A DNA stretch of 48,710 nt from Trichoplax sp. H2 (lineage: Eukaryota). The stretch is taken from contig NOWV01000322.1 in NCBI GenBank assembly GCA_003344405.1, forward strand, positions 1 to 48,710, in the 5' to 3' direction. The translations under genes and the position numbers were made by a program. The notes under the pieces were generated by a model, which was given only the letters and a program-made list of their open reading frames with translations, did no database searches and was not told where the DNA came from. Each line of letters starts with the position of its first letter. Within the stretch, counting starts at the first letter, position 1. Below, one piece after another: positions 12,326-26,336 of the stretch.

Positions 12326-15300
12326 CCAGCTGTCCACAGTGCCATGTACTGTACCCTACAGTACAGTACTGCAGTCATCATCGTGTACACTGTACTGTAC
12401 AGTACAGTACAGTACTGTACTGCACGGACAGTCTCCAGTGCACGTGACGCACTTTATACTGTAGCCTTGGCCACACTCAGTGTTGCGTTGTTGTCCAGGT
12501 CCAACCAGGTGCAACATGGACAACTGATACAAATGGACTGTTAGATAGAAAAATAAAATAATATTGATATACTCGCCTGCAGCTTACAAGAATTCAACCA
12601 ATTGATTGGACTTCAAAGGTCGCATCCTTTTTTATTTCTCCATGCCTATGGACCAGTGTTATATTACCGTACAGTAAAGTGTAAACTATGGACTCCGTAC
12701 CCTGCACTGCACTCTGTCCTGTTTCATTCCTCGAGAAGGTGAACAATCCAAATGCCTTTCTTGTTGCCATAAATGGTTCACAACGCTCTGCACATTCGCA
12801 AAGTCTTACTCCTTACTTTTCTTCTGCTTATAAGCTGAAGTTAACCCCTAGCCGTTGAAATCAGACTTCACTCAAAGGTGTGCACAAATCGTCTATCCAG
12901 GACTGCACTATCCTTCTTTTTACTAGCCCGTAAAAAGGCCACAGCTTGCTGGAGCTGTTCAATTACCATGAATGACTGTATTTTCAATCATTCTCTGTAG
13001 CATATTTACTAAATACAACTACTGTACGTAGGCTAAGAAAAGGGATGATAGAAAGGAATTTTGTGTCATAGGTAACTGCGTCTATTTACAATTGAATATG
13101 TTCATTTCAAATTTTACCCACCAATAGCAATGCCGCATATTGGTCGACATATGTACGTATCCGATTGATTGGGGAGGGGGCGATTGTCCGATTTGCTGTA
13201 CCGTCGCTGCCGCCCCAAAATACATGTTGCAATTACAATCTGCATGCAATGCATTCCGTTGATCGAATTTCTGAACTGTGTACTCAGCACTTTGTTCACA
13301 TTTGTCGCTAGTACACCCACTGTCGTTTACTTGCGGTTAAAATAAAACACAGAAAATAAATAAACAAACATTGAAATAGCTTCAGCACGTTTGGGTGGTC
13401 ATTTCGTCACTAAATAAATAACGCTCGCAAGAAATAGCAAGGCCGTCACCAAACGTATGCTTTCCAATCCTACACAGACTCCTATTTTTTCTTTATCAGC
13501 TCTTACTGTATTGTTCTTATTTTATTCCTTTTGCTTAATGATTACCACGCCATAATTCGTATCTAATGATATCGATCATCAATTAATCAACTGCAAAGTC
13601 TGCATAAACTAAGCTACAGCACAACTACTGTCGTTAAATAGAGTCTCGAGTTTCGCGCACCAAAGATCAAGTTTTCATGCGCATACTCCATGCATGATTT
13701 CTCCTACATTTGCATGCAAGTAAAGATAAACATGGAAATTTATCAACGCTACGCCATTTTATACTATGCAGTATTATCAAGACCTAAAAATCTGCAAACG
13801 AGATCCTTGTCTTTCATCAAGTCAATGATTAATTAATTTTCATCAATAGTCCATGATCGTTTACATTATTGCAATGGCCATGACAACTGCTACAGTAGTG
13901 GTCTGAGCCCTGTTCTGTGAAAGGTCAAGGTATTCCTTGATATTGGTAAAAATGATGAAATGATATTCGCCAATACGATGATTTACAGTTACAGCAAAGC
14001 CAAATTTTAGCATTCTTCCTTGCGTTACATTAAGAACTTTTCCGTATCATGATCAACATCCAATTGTATCTGTACTCGATCAAATGCTGCAGTGCATTAT
14101 AGCCACCCTGTTTAATGGTGGAAATTTACTTATTGTACAGTGTACATGTTCATTGGATAATGTAAGGTCCGAATACGAGTACCTATTCGCAAGTCCAGAT
14201 TGAGTCTTGCTTACTGTAGGCTATACGTAGAGTACTGTTTATCATTCTACATGGGGTATTTCTGCGATAAATTATGAGATTGATAATTATTATGAACAAT
14301 AAGGAAATTATCATAAGCTGCTCTGTCTTGCCTTTGCCTTATTAAAGATCCTATTAAGCTCAAATCAGCCACAGACGGCTGCCTCTGAACATCAAACTAT
14401 CGTATGTCAATCAACGTTGCACTATACTAGTGTACATATCATTTACTATCCTAATAAGATTTGTTGAAGCACAAACCATGAATCGCATAATTGCCTGAAA
14501 ATTACCCTTCATTGAAATCGACCTGCTGCCAAGGAGGCTAAGAGATATTACAATTTCTTACTAACCTCATTCTATCATTAGGAAATCCATGCAACTCGAA
14601 CTACGTCAATCAATCAAGAGTATCCATACTCAGACCTCCAGTTTTAGTCATGGTCTGGTAGGAAACAGCTCTTATGCAACATATTTCTCTGTGTTTATTA
14701 AGTACAGTACTGTATCAATCAATAACCACTTCAGTTTTGGATGCCCTACATCCTGTGATATTCGTCCTTAAAACATGATGTACCGTTCTAAATACTACAA
14801 CTCTTTCTGCAATCATCGTGGATTCGTGGTTAATTTTAATAATTTGAATTTGACTCAATCTTAATTAATACAGTATATAAATAGTAAGTGGAATCCTTTC
14901 CTAAACTCATTGCTATCAAACTGAGGTGTTACTTAAACAGCAATTACTACAAAATTGGCTTGACGGCTCAACGAAAATTCTCCAGTACATTTACTATCTA
15001 TGTCTATCCATAGCTGTATTTGCGCCACCAATGATCAATATATTTGTACAAGAGTACAATAAACGCTAGACCGATAGCACTTGATGATTGCTAAAATAGG
15101 TGATGATTAATGGATAGAAAGTATATTTATATACCTGGTCAAGAGTTTATAATCTGCAAGTCAAATGATACAGAATAAAGAATTACGGTCTATTGATATA
15201 GTCGTAAAAATAAACGATCGACATAATCATTTAATTAACTAAGTTATAGACTTGTAAACCGAAATATTCAGTTAATGATATCGTTCATAGCTAAGGTACA

Positions 15301-15355
15301 ATTGAAATCCGTGCGATATTGCTCTTCTAAATGCGTTGGCCTCATCATAAGAGAC

Positions 15356-15590
15356 GGATATTAATGTTATAGCGAATACCAATGTTGCTAATAGTATTTT
15401 GTTTTGGTAACAACTCGCAACGATAAAATTCGATCAGGGAACTTGATATGTAAGCGATTGAATAATAAAGTAATTAGCAAGTACCTTTTCACAAGTAATC
15501 AAGATATGTAATCCAGTATTAATCGTTGCGAGTTGTTGCCAAAACAAAATACTATTAGCAACATTGGTATTCGCTATAACATTAATATCC
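15356..15590. repeat. 69-bp near-perfect inverted repeat (MITE-like/foldback element, 235 bp)
   Basis: Arm 15356-15424 (GGATATTAATGTTATAGCGAATACCAATG...CGCAACGAT) is the reverse complement of 15522-15590 with one mismatch; 97-bp spacer; no clear target-site duplication. Confidence 0.9.
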
Positions 15591-18500
15591 ATAGTCAATT
15601 TTTATTCGGTATAAGTGTTGTTTATTAGAACAAATGATCAGTTTATTCGCTTTTCCTAAAAAATTGAATTGATTGTAATGATCAAAATAATGTTTCAATA
15701 ATGTGTAAAGATCTTCACCGACAGTAAATTTGGAATAAGCCAGTAGGGAAATACTTAAGCGTACGAGTATACTGCACATTATTACAGTAAATCATTCGCC
15801 ATTCCAATTTCATATCAGTCACTTTACTGACTTACGACGGCAGTGTTTATACACACGAGGCACATATGTGCAGTAATCAACTTCTCTCACATCATAGCAT
15901 CAAGGAGTTAATCTTAACTAAATATTCAATCGGCTTCGGCTTTAGTGTCGCTTTGCAGCTAATACGAATTTAACTTCTCTGATATATTCATATCGCTTCC
16001 ATAAATAGTTCGTACTAATGTTCATCATTCATGCGTATTGTTATTCATCCTAATATTGGTTTACTTCCTATCGCGTTTTTACTGTAAGTCCAATAATCAG
16101 AGATCGGCTAAGCATAATTATGGCCAACCCACTATGGGAGATCTCAAGCATACTGATCCATGCCTTAGCAGTGATATCATTGGCATGACTATGAAACTCA
16201 CGAGATATACACTTAAGATGATACCTAGAACTGCATTAAATGTAGACTAGTATACTAATGCTACACATGTTATGACAGCATAATGAAGTTAAAAATAATA
16301 AATACATTATAACATACTTTGGTCGGATGAGTCTGTTTCTTAATCTTAAACACTATTAATCTTTACTATTCCAAGAAAAATAGCTGCAACATCTGATGTA
16401 AATACAAATTACAAATTTTATTTGCCCTATAGGTCAAACGTCAAAAAATTAGCAGCTATACATTATTATAATATTACGTCGTAAGGAATAAGTATATTAT
16501 AATTTGTTTGACTACCGGTATATCGATGGATTAGCTTAATTTTCAGATACTGCATTCTTCAGTATTTTAAAAAACTTGTTTAATCACGAAGTAAATTACA
16601 ATAAAGGGTTTGTCACGTCAAAAGTCTCCATTTTTTTTTTCTAGCCATATCAAATTCGTCAGACATTAGAGTAATATTTGTAACTTCCCAAGTGTTACTA
16701 ACAGTAACAAGCTGTAGCAAACACACTGAGAATTGGAGAGAGACCAGTAACATTTTCTATGGTTATAAAATAAAGAATGAAAGATACAGTTTATCTCTTC
16801 CAGAATTGTCCTATAACAATACAGAATAAATCAAAAAGTTGGATTGAACGAAAGTATGTCGCGACTAAAGTTTATCCTCTGCAAGTATTCTTACAAGTCA
16901 TGTAGGCTTGGAAAATGGCAGTCTTAAATAGCGCTTAGTACTACATCGATTCATTTACCGTGGCCTATCCTTTACCTAGTGATGTATAACAATTTCATCC
17001 AGAGTTCATAAACTGATAAAGCAATAATTGAAATAATAATAAAGACTAGCCTTACTATTTTAGTACGTTGAATGAATTCAACAACAGGCTTAATATATGG
17101 ACCGCATAACCTTTTAGTTACTATATTTAATCCTTTGCTATACGGCCGAATTTATGTAGCTACCATTACGCTGCACTGTAGTCATCAAATAATTACTAGG
17201 AGGACTACGTAAAGTACGATGAAATAAAATGAATTCATATCATGCGCTTCCTTCTAAAACAAATCCTAAAGAAAACAATCACTGCTGTTTGTCATTTCTT
17301 AACCTGTATGAAAAGATTAAATTATTTTATAGAACCTCCATTCTAATCTAGAGTTCACCTGTATAATTATTATTTAATAATATTGTAAAATTTGTATGCT
17401 AGTGCTAACAGATTATGGTACTATTTAATCGCAATACTTTTAAGACTGACACGATATTGCTAAAGCCTAAAAATTACTGTAAGGCATCTGTATACCATCA
17501 CATGTGTGGTATTATTTTAAAAATTAGTGTGTTAAGATAAATAATGTATATGTACGCGTATACTCTTTGTTCACATATATATTTAAAAATACCAACGAAC
17601 GAAGTCCACATCAGTCATAAACAAATATATTTTATTTTATGTATAAATTAGTAGATAGAATCACTTAACCATCAGTATGGATCACTTGATATTATATAGT
17701 AACTAGCGGTCCATGGTTATCTGACATCTTGGTAGTTCCTTCACTATTAGCATTAATTTGACAAGATTAAATGTAAGCATACGCAAGCGCCGTGGAAAAA
17801 TCGATATTTTAATTATTAATAGGGACTTTCTAGCATTATTATCAAGCCAATATATCGACTTTGTTGATAAAAATTGTAAACACAGTTGAATAGTTCCATA
17901 GCTAACCATATCAACAGTTTATTAGTAGAACAAACTCCTTAATATTAAGGCCACCCGATTATCATGTGCATTCTCGATGAATGGAAGTCATTAATTTTGC
18001 TCTTTATAATATTTATTTTTAATGTTTATATAATCTTTCATAACATCTGTGGTAGCTGTATTATGGATCTGATGTTGCAAGTTTGTTTCTGACATCCAGT
18101 AAGCAAGAAATTTTGAGCAATGTTAAGCATTTATCAACTTGATTTGTATCACTGATATACGTAGTATTGCGAGGTATACAAATACTGATTTAATTGATCG
18201 CTAACACTTCATAAGAAGATATCAAGAATTGTATCGAACACGAATAGTCTGAAAAATTACACCTTGCTGCCAGTCTTATAGAAACGGTATTCTATAATCA
18301 TCATTATTGCAATATGATCTCCAACCCAATTTATTATAAAAAATTAAAAAAATAAAATCTGCTCAAGTCTTTGTTTCAATAATGTACATCTAATCTTTTA
18401 TTAATTCAGATCATTTGTATTTTATTGTTTATCAAGAACTGTAGGATTGGTATTAAATAGTATATTATTTCGATCGTTATTAAAGATGAATCAATTATAT

Positions 18501-21500
18501 CGACGATTCTTCTGTACTTCGTACGAAGGCAACAGCTGTTATCTTTAAATATCTTTCTAACTTGCTTTATACAAATAAAGATGTCACCTAGAAATTAAAT
18601 CAAAAAATGGTGAATAATATTTCTATTAACGATATGTATAGTACTCTATAATATCAAATAATACTCTGTATTAACAAGTAAGACCTAATTCCTATTTCGT
18701 TGAGAATAACTTTAAAGTAACTCTGCTTAGAATCTTTTGTTACATTAATTTAAGTTCTTCTAGGCGTTCGAGCCATTTCCTCAGACTACACAAGGTAATT
18801 ATTTAAAATTATCATTAACTAGAGCTCTAGTAATCTCAAAAAAAGGCACTCGTATAGTATTGTTTTAATGCATAACGCTACTGCATGTTACAAGACACAT
18901 CTTCATTTTCTCGAATAATTGTTTAATACCTCAAGATGTTGATGAAGTGCAGTATGGGTATTTTCGTATATAATTAATTATTATATAATTATCACCCACG
19001 ACTGCTATATTTCTATTCGATAAACAAGATTAATCCCAATGGAAGCTCATAAATTATTCATTCTCGTAAGCATGTATTTTCATCATATTAAACAATGTTA
19101 TAATCACTTTAAAGCTAGATGGCATAATACAATAAATGCAATTAACTTTTGCAATCTGTGTGAACAGATGGCTTATATAACAATATGCTGGCCTTATACT
19201 ATCTTGATTGAGTTGGAGGGATTCTTTTTTAATATAAGTGTGGCACATAATCGAAATATTCAATTATACCATTGTTGTTCTGATCCACGCTTTCATTCGT
19301 AAAATGAATGGCGGTGAACTCTATCATCATGAAACTTATATTCAAGACAATCTCTGTAAATCAATAGTAAATACGCCATTCGTTCCACGTAACAAGATGG
19401 TAATTCTATGCAGCCTAGATTTCATACGATAATGGATAGTTGACGAATCCATTTCAAAATGAAAGGCTTATTCCTTTTGCGCTTTGTTACCAGCCTCAAT
19501 TTACTTACTATTCAAGTAGATTTTAGCCTTTGCCAAAAAAATTCGATACTAATAATTGTAAAGTCATATTATAGCCCTGATGATTAAATTGAACTATTAT
19601 ACTGTATGTATTTATAAATAAGAACAGTCAACCTTATGTTTAGTTTTATTCATATTACGAATCTGGCACATATTGTCAAATAGTTTTTTTTTTAAGAAAA
19701 AATCCATAGCTTCATATATAAGGAGGGTATGCGATGTCTTAGGTGCCATCTAGCCTATCCCTGTTGTATATTAAAGTTCTAACCTTATGTCCCAAGCTGT
19801 CTGTATAGTATGTCTCATTACGCATTATTTATAACATTCCATCATACTGTAGCATTTTAAGAAAGCTTTAGTGTTTTTGATCTGCAAACACTGTTAAGAA
19901 TCTCATACTATAAGATTTCATTCATTAGCAGCATTAATCAGCTGTGTTATACTTTATGCGATTGGCGATAATTTAATTTCTATTTAGTTTTATATATAAT
20001 GAGATGATTGATCGATAATATAATTGTAGTACATAATGAATTTAGTTTCTCATTTGCTCACTGTAGGCGCAAGAATAAATCAGTTTTCTTGATACCTGAT
20101 AACAATGCATTACTACGAGGACAGCTACAATGGACAGGATATAGATATAATCTATTTTATTTGCATTTTAGGTATAGAAAAAATATGCAATCATGACGAC
20201 AGACTATACACATACGCAGCGTTTGAAAATGATTTATTAGTATCGTTAAGAACTACGAACAAAAGGTATCCGCAGTTGTATATCTATTTACAAAAACAGT
20301 GATTCATTTAACCATGATAGAGCAAAATTAGTCAGCACTGCATACCTTTGACTAATAAACAATTAGCAAGAACCAATAAAATTGAAATATGGTATCAGAT
20401 TGTCAATCACGAATGAATCAACGTATGACCAAAATGTGATTAGTAAAGGGAAAATTACGGAAATGAATATTGAATATTGGAATAAGAACGTAAAGAATGC
20501 TATAGGACAGATTATGTAAACGAATTAACGCACAATTAAGATAGTGATTCATGAAGAAAATCATTCGGAATATCAAATATTTACGGGCGAAATTCATGAA
20601 TTCGGTACTAACTAAATCACGCCACTGAACAAAAATTTACCGTACACTAATCGACAATAAAATATGACGCATAGTTAGAACAGATTTTAACTTCAAAAAC
20701 GGAAATATTACTGATGGCTTTGATTGGTAAATATTACAGATGACGTACGGAATTGTTTATTAGCCATCATCAATTAGTGGCATTCATTTTCTGCATTGGT
20801 CGCAAAATGAATGCATTACGAAAGGAATAACTGTTCTGTAATTGTAAGTAAGCAAGAAAGCGCCGCTAATGTCCAATTTGACATGAATTTTTTGATATGG
20901 TTGCTATACTGTGTGAACTTGGATCGATTGAAAATTAATTTAATTATTAGTACAATAGCATCGAAGCTGGGAGGTATGCAAGACTCTACGAAATACAATG
21001 CATTCATTAGTCAACATGCCCACAAATATTGTTGAATATGTACACGTATGTTTTTATTTTATGTAATGTAATAGCTAAGGATGATTATCATTTCTTTAAA
21101 GTTGATATCACCATGTTCTGTCACTTTGTATCCTATTGCAACGTTAAACAAATAAAATCTTGCATTAATCCTACGTAACAGGCTATTCATTTTCAACTGA
21201 TGGATCACTCGAACAGTTTGTACCGACAAACATTCAGTGGGTGGAGGTTTATCGTATATAATTGAATTTACCGATATTTCTATAGGGCCTGTAATAAGTA
21301 TTTATTAAACGGCATGTCCTATATAGGATGACGTCCTGTTTTGAATAGTAAAGGCAGGTAGGTAGGTCCTATCTTGCAAGCCATTACTGCACTGCATTTC
21401 GAGTTAGTCGTATACTGTATATTCCGTATTCGCTAATTACACTTTGCTCTCGGTTTTTTAAAGTATTTACCGCCAAAATATTCAATATGTACATTTACAT

Positions 21501-23837
21501 AGGTACACAACCGCTGGCGAGACAGATTAAGTCAATTGTCTTTTAATAATAATACAAAGATTAAGAAATTTAACCTAAAGGTAACACATGGTAAAGTGCA
21601 TTCCCTTAGCTCGCCAGGTCCAATATTTGTAAACAAATACTGATAACGTCGTCTAGCGCTATAATTATAGCTGTTAAGTAGCTATTTATATTTTACAGTA
21701 TACAATCACCTTTAATCACGCAGCAAGAGTGCTCTTGGTAGTGAGTAAATATGTTCTGTAGTATTAGCACCGAATAGACGCAATTTCTGCCATGAAAACA
21801 ATATCGGAAGTTCTGAACATTACTTGCACAAGTAGCATAGAATTGTCTGTAAATAAAGAGAATACCTACCTGCACAGTATTCATATGCATATTTTAATGT
21901 GTAAAGAATTAATCAAGTTATTACAAAACCATTGCATGCACTAAAATTCTAATGCCCAGATTTTGTAAAATAAGTTATTGTAGATATTTTATACTACTCG
22001 ACCTACCGGCATCTACAATTTATCAGTAAAGTGTGGTAATGTAGAACGTAAATAAAATTAACTTTGACTTCCTAAGTAGATCGTAAACAACGACAATGCA
22101 TGATGAAAACACTGCAAAATCCAGTAATATTACGCGTCAAATCTGTTTATGTTGAGTTGCTCAAGACTCATAATCACGATAGATTTAAGCTGACTTTCAA
22201 CCGAGATTTATAATTATAATGATGTTGTTGATTCTGCAAGTGCTGTAGAGGGTATGGTGACGACAAAAATTAAAATCGTTTTGATTATCTGCAATAGACG
22301 TAATGATTACAGTACAGCGCTTTGATTGATTTTGAACCAAAAACGGAATTTAGGGTTTCGTTAACTACCGTTGTATATCACAATAATGAGTCCAGTATTT
22401 GAATATGTGTAACAATCTAAGAAAAGCAGACTAAAATTGAGCGAAGTAATTAACTATATTTAATGTAAGACAATTATCTATTATCTCTAATATTATCGAA
22501 TTACTCATACTTACTGCTGGTTAGAAGTTTATTTACAAGTTATCCATTACAGTATAGATGATTGTGATGTAAAATTCTCCGATATGCTTGGGTTATCAGC
22601 TGACAATCTTTTGCAAATTCCAAGTATCTAATACTACAATACGAGTATAGTAATATCTGCCTAGAAAGGAGCGAACTTACTCCAAAAATAACAATTGCTT
22701 GAATATTTTTTCTCGCTGAAAATGTTTAATTCCTTGAGTTAGGTATTGCTCCTAGATGAAAGCAGTTCGACCGATTCAATCCGTGAATTGGCTTTACGGC
22801 AGGTTATTAAACTAGTATGATGACTTTCGTGTCGATATTAATTTCCTTATTTTTGTCATGGCTAATATTTTCTCTAAAACCGACTACAATGTTTCGAACT
22901 CAAGACCCAATTGTCTATGAAAAATTGGTAAATTGGTTAATTATTATTATATTCGGCCAAATCCTCGATTAATGCACATAATTACTGTATGATATAACCA
23001 CTATCATACGATGTATAAGTTCATCATGACGCAACAAGTAGTAGTTTAAAAACAGTATACGTAATTTCAACTGATTCTAAACTGCAGTATGCCAAAATAT
23101 CAATGGATAATCGTTGTAGCATTATGCGTATACACGAGTATAACTATTGCTATTTGATTGCCGTAATTTTCCTGTTTGCATAGTGAAATTTATTACTCGA
23201 TTCAATATACTTGGGTGTCAAATTTATCACATCGTCAAAAATTACTCCTTATTTCAACAAAACAAAGCAGAATCAACTGTCACTCTGATCTAGATGCAAA
23301 GTTCACACCTGATCGCCTTACGATTTGATGTCTGCTACATTAGCTCTAAAGATCGTAAGACAATACATAAATCTAATATTGACATATGATGGTGCATTGA
23401 GCTACTGTCACATTGTCGTTGTAAAGTGATATTTCGATCTAATTACGCCGGTGCAAGTTTAAAGTACCAATGAGAGCTAAGCCATATACAGAATAGAGTT
23501 AATTAATTATTAGCTAAAAACCTATTAACTATAAAACCAAGCTATAAATTTTATAATATTATTTTTATTATTTGCTAATATTCTTTTGCAAATGAGTGGC
23601 ACCGTTGATTAATTATTGCAATTGGATAACATAGACTGTCTAAGAGAGACTAGACCTATGATATACTATAAATAATTATAATAGGTGATAAATTATTTGT
23701 ATCTATCTATATTAATTCGCTAAGATTGACATACGTATAAAATACTTTACTATCACCTATAATGGAATTGTGGAGTAGAGTAAACATTTAAAAATTTTCT
23801 GCCAAAGTTGCTGTGAACGTATACTGTAACACGTCTT

Positions 23838-23877
23838 TATATAAAATTTCGAGGCTCAAGCTTTAAAATATCACTCC
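23838..23877 (+). promoter_or_regulatory. Candidate TATA box and initiator for ATIC
   Basis: TATATAAAA at 23838-23846 and TCACTCC at 23871-23877, about 60 nt upstream of the ATG at 23932. Confidence 0.35.
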
Positions 23878-23931
23878 CATTTGTTCATCTATAAGATTCT
23901 TTGGTGGATCTGAAATTTCGAAAAACTGAAG

Positions 23932-25929
23932 ATGGCTAGCCCTCAAAAATTATTAGGTAGATTCAGTATTTTATTGCGATTTGCCATGCATTGCCGATTA
24001 AAAACATGCAGTCTATTTTTCAGTTAAAAATGCGTTATGTCAATTTCTGCTTGCTGTGCAGCATCACTGTATTATGTGCAGAGATCGTAGAATATTCAAG
24101 TCTGATAAAGTAGAGTGTTCACAATAATGATAAATTGGCTACATTAAGCTTTAATGATCAATTTCATCTTGATAATAGCTCTCGTGAGTACGTCCAATCG
24201 TGAAAATTTACCATGGTTTGCAACGCAACTTTACGAATTCGGTTATGAAATAGTTGCTTCTGGTGGCACTGCTGCATGTCTTAGGTCAAATTATATCCCG
24301 GTGGTAGATGTTTCTCAAATTACCCGTCATCGAGAAATGCTGGCAGGCCGCGTTAAAACATTGCATCCAGCAATTCATTCTGGGATCTTAGCACGCAACT
24401 GCCCCGAGGACTTGCAGGAAATGGTTGAATTCGGCTATCAATTTTTTGATGTTGTCGTTTGCAATTTATACCCCTTCGAAGAGATAGCAAAACGCGGCAT
24501 TAAAATAGATGATGCAATTGAGCAAATTGATATCGGAGGCGTAACATTACTACGAGCTGCTGCCAAAAACTATCAGCGTGTGACTGCAGTTTGCGATCCA
24601 AATGATTACCAACGAATTTGTTCCGAGATAGAAGCTAGCCAAGAAAATCGCACCACTTTAGGATTAAGGAAGGAATTAGCATTGAAAGCTTTAAATACAA
24701 CGGCTGCATACGATTTCGCTATTAGCAATTATCTTCGCTATGAGTTTAAAGCGGGTACATCTCAAATGGATTTACGTTATGGCATGAATTCACATCAGAA
24801 GGAAGCTCAAATTTTTACGTTTTCTGATGTATTGCCAGTAGCCACTTTAAACGGAAAACCAAGCTTTATAAACATGCTAGATGCTTTAAACAGCTGGCAA
24901 CTTGTGCAAGAACTTCGTAATATTTCCAGTCTGCCTGCGGCAGCGTCATTTAAACATGTAAGTCCGGCAGGTGCGGCTGTGGCCGTACCATTATCGAGTG
25001 CTGAAGTTTTATCAAGCATGGTAAAAGGATTTGAGCTTACTGCTCAAGCGACAGCGTATGCCCGAGCTAGAAGTGCTGACCGGCTTTCGTCTTTTGGAGA
25101 CTGGATTGCCTTATCCGATATTTGTGACATTGCAACAGCAAAACTGATATGCGCTGATATTTCAGATGGTGTAATAGCACCCGAATATCATCCCGATGCA
25201 TTAGCAATGCTCAAGAAGAAAAAGTCCGGAAAGTTTATCATTTTAACGATGAATTCTAGCTATCGTCCATCGATAAAGGAATATCGAACTGTTTTCGGAC
25301 TTCATCTGCAGCAAGAAAGGAATAATTCCGTTATTAATCGTGAAGCATTATCCGACATTCTTACCAGAGCAAAGGATTTACCCAGTAGCGCTATCTTAGA
25401 CCTATTGGTGGCAACTATCGCTGTGAAGTATGCCCAATCCAATTCTGTTTGCTATGCTTGCAATGGCCAGATAATTGGATTAGGTGCAGGACAACAATCA
25501 CGTATTCATTGCGTTCGACTTGCAGGTGAAAAAGCAAAGCTATGGTGGCTGAGACAACATCCTTACCTAGCAACTGCTCAATTTAAAAATTATGTTCAGC
25601 GTTCTGAAATGAATAATATCATAGATGTATATGTTCGAGGTACCCTTGATATCGACATCCCTAAAACGAATTGGGAAAGCTACTGGGAGAAAGAACCTCA
25701 AGAACTATCCATGGATGAGCGTCAAAAGTGGTTGTCCAAGCTAGGACAGTTATCTATGAGCTCCGATGCATTTTTTCCATTTCGCGATAGTATAAATTTT
25801 GCCAGCACTATTGGTGTTCAATATATAGCTACTCCGATGGGTTCTACTCGCGATGATGATATCATTTCTGCTTGCAACGATAAAAATATAGTCTTAACTC
25901 GACTGCCTGAGCGTTTATTCCATCATTAG
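23932..25929 (+). CDS. ATIC: Bifunctional AICAR transformylase/IMP cyclohydrolase (PurH/ATIC), 591 aa, 2 exons
   Basis: Exon 1 23932-23956 (MASPQKLL+G, donor GTAGAT), exon 2 24179-25929 (acceptor ATAG). Motifs ASGGTA, GRVKTLHP, VCNLYPF, IDIGGVTLLRAAAKN, SFKHVSPAG, SNSVCY, GQQSRIHC, SSDAFFPFRD and C-terminal RLFHH. The ORF-track start at 24154 is intronic. Confidence 0.95.
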
Positions 25930-26030
25930 CAAATGGAGAACGAGGCTTATCTGTTTTGATTTACCGATTTTGATCTAGTGTTACTTTACCGAATTCGATA
26001 AGAGATATCGTACATAATCGGGGATATTAG

Positions 26031-26336
26031 TGTGATTTGTGTAACTCTAATGCCATATTTTATACTGGTTTTAGCTACTAACTTACTTACTGTAGGCTAT
26101 CGTATTTATAGTACATTGTAATTTACTACAAGATATGCTTTAATATGGAATAAGAAATGAATCCTTATTTTTGATTTAAATATTAGATAATGTGATTTGT
26201 CTAACTGGAACGCCATATTTTTGTACTGATTTTTGTTACTTACTTGCTTAAAGGCTATCGTATTCATGGTGTGTTGCAATTTACTACAAGATGTACTTTA
26301 ATATGGAATAGGTCATGAATCCTCATTTTTAATTTA
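26031..26336. repeat. Diverged tandem duplication, 160-bp period, two copies, downstream of the ATIC stop
   Basis: 26031-26178 and 26191-26336 align collinearly: TGTGATTTGT..TAACT..GCCATATTTT..AGGCTATCGTATT..AATTTACTACAAGAT..CTTTAATATGGAATA..ATGAATCCT..ATTTTT.ATTTA. Confidence 0.85.

Larger units (their letters stand above)
11720..12460. repeat. (CAGTA)n/(TACTG)n motif-rich island
   Basis: Many short runs in both orientations, e.g. CAGTACAGTACTGTACGGTACTGTAC near 11860-11885 and CTGTACTGTACAGTACAGTACAGTACTGTACTG at 12390-12422. Confidence 0.7.

Noticed and set aside
18760..18780. GGCGTTCGAGCC resembling a tRNA T-loop/B-box
   Set aside because: No A-box, acceptor stem or cloverleaf around it.
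24154..24178. ORF-track start MINFILII for ATIC
   Set aside because: Lies in the intron; the spliced start at 23932 gives a family-typical N-terminus.
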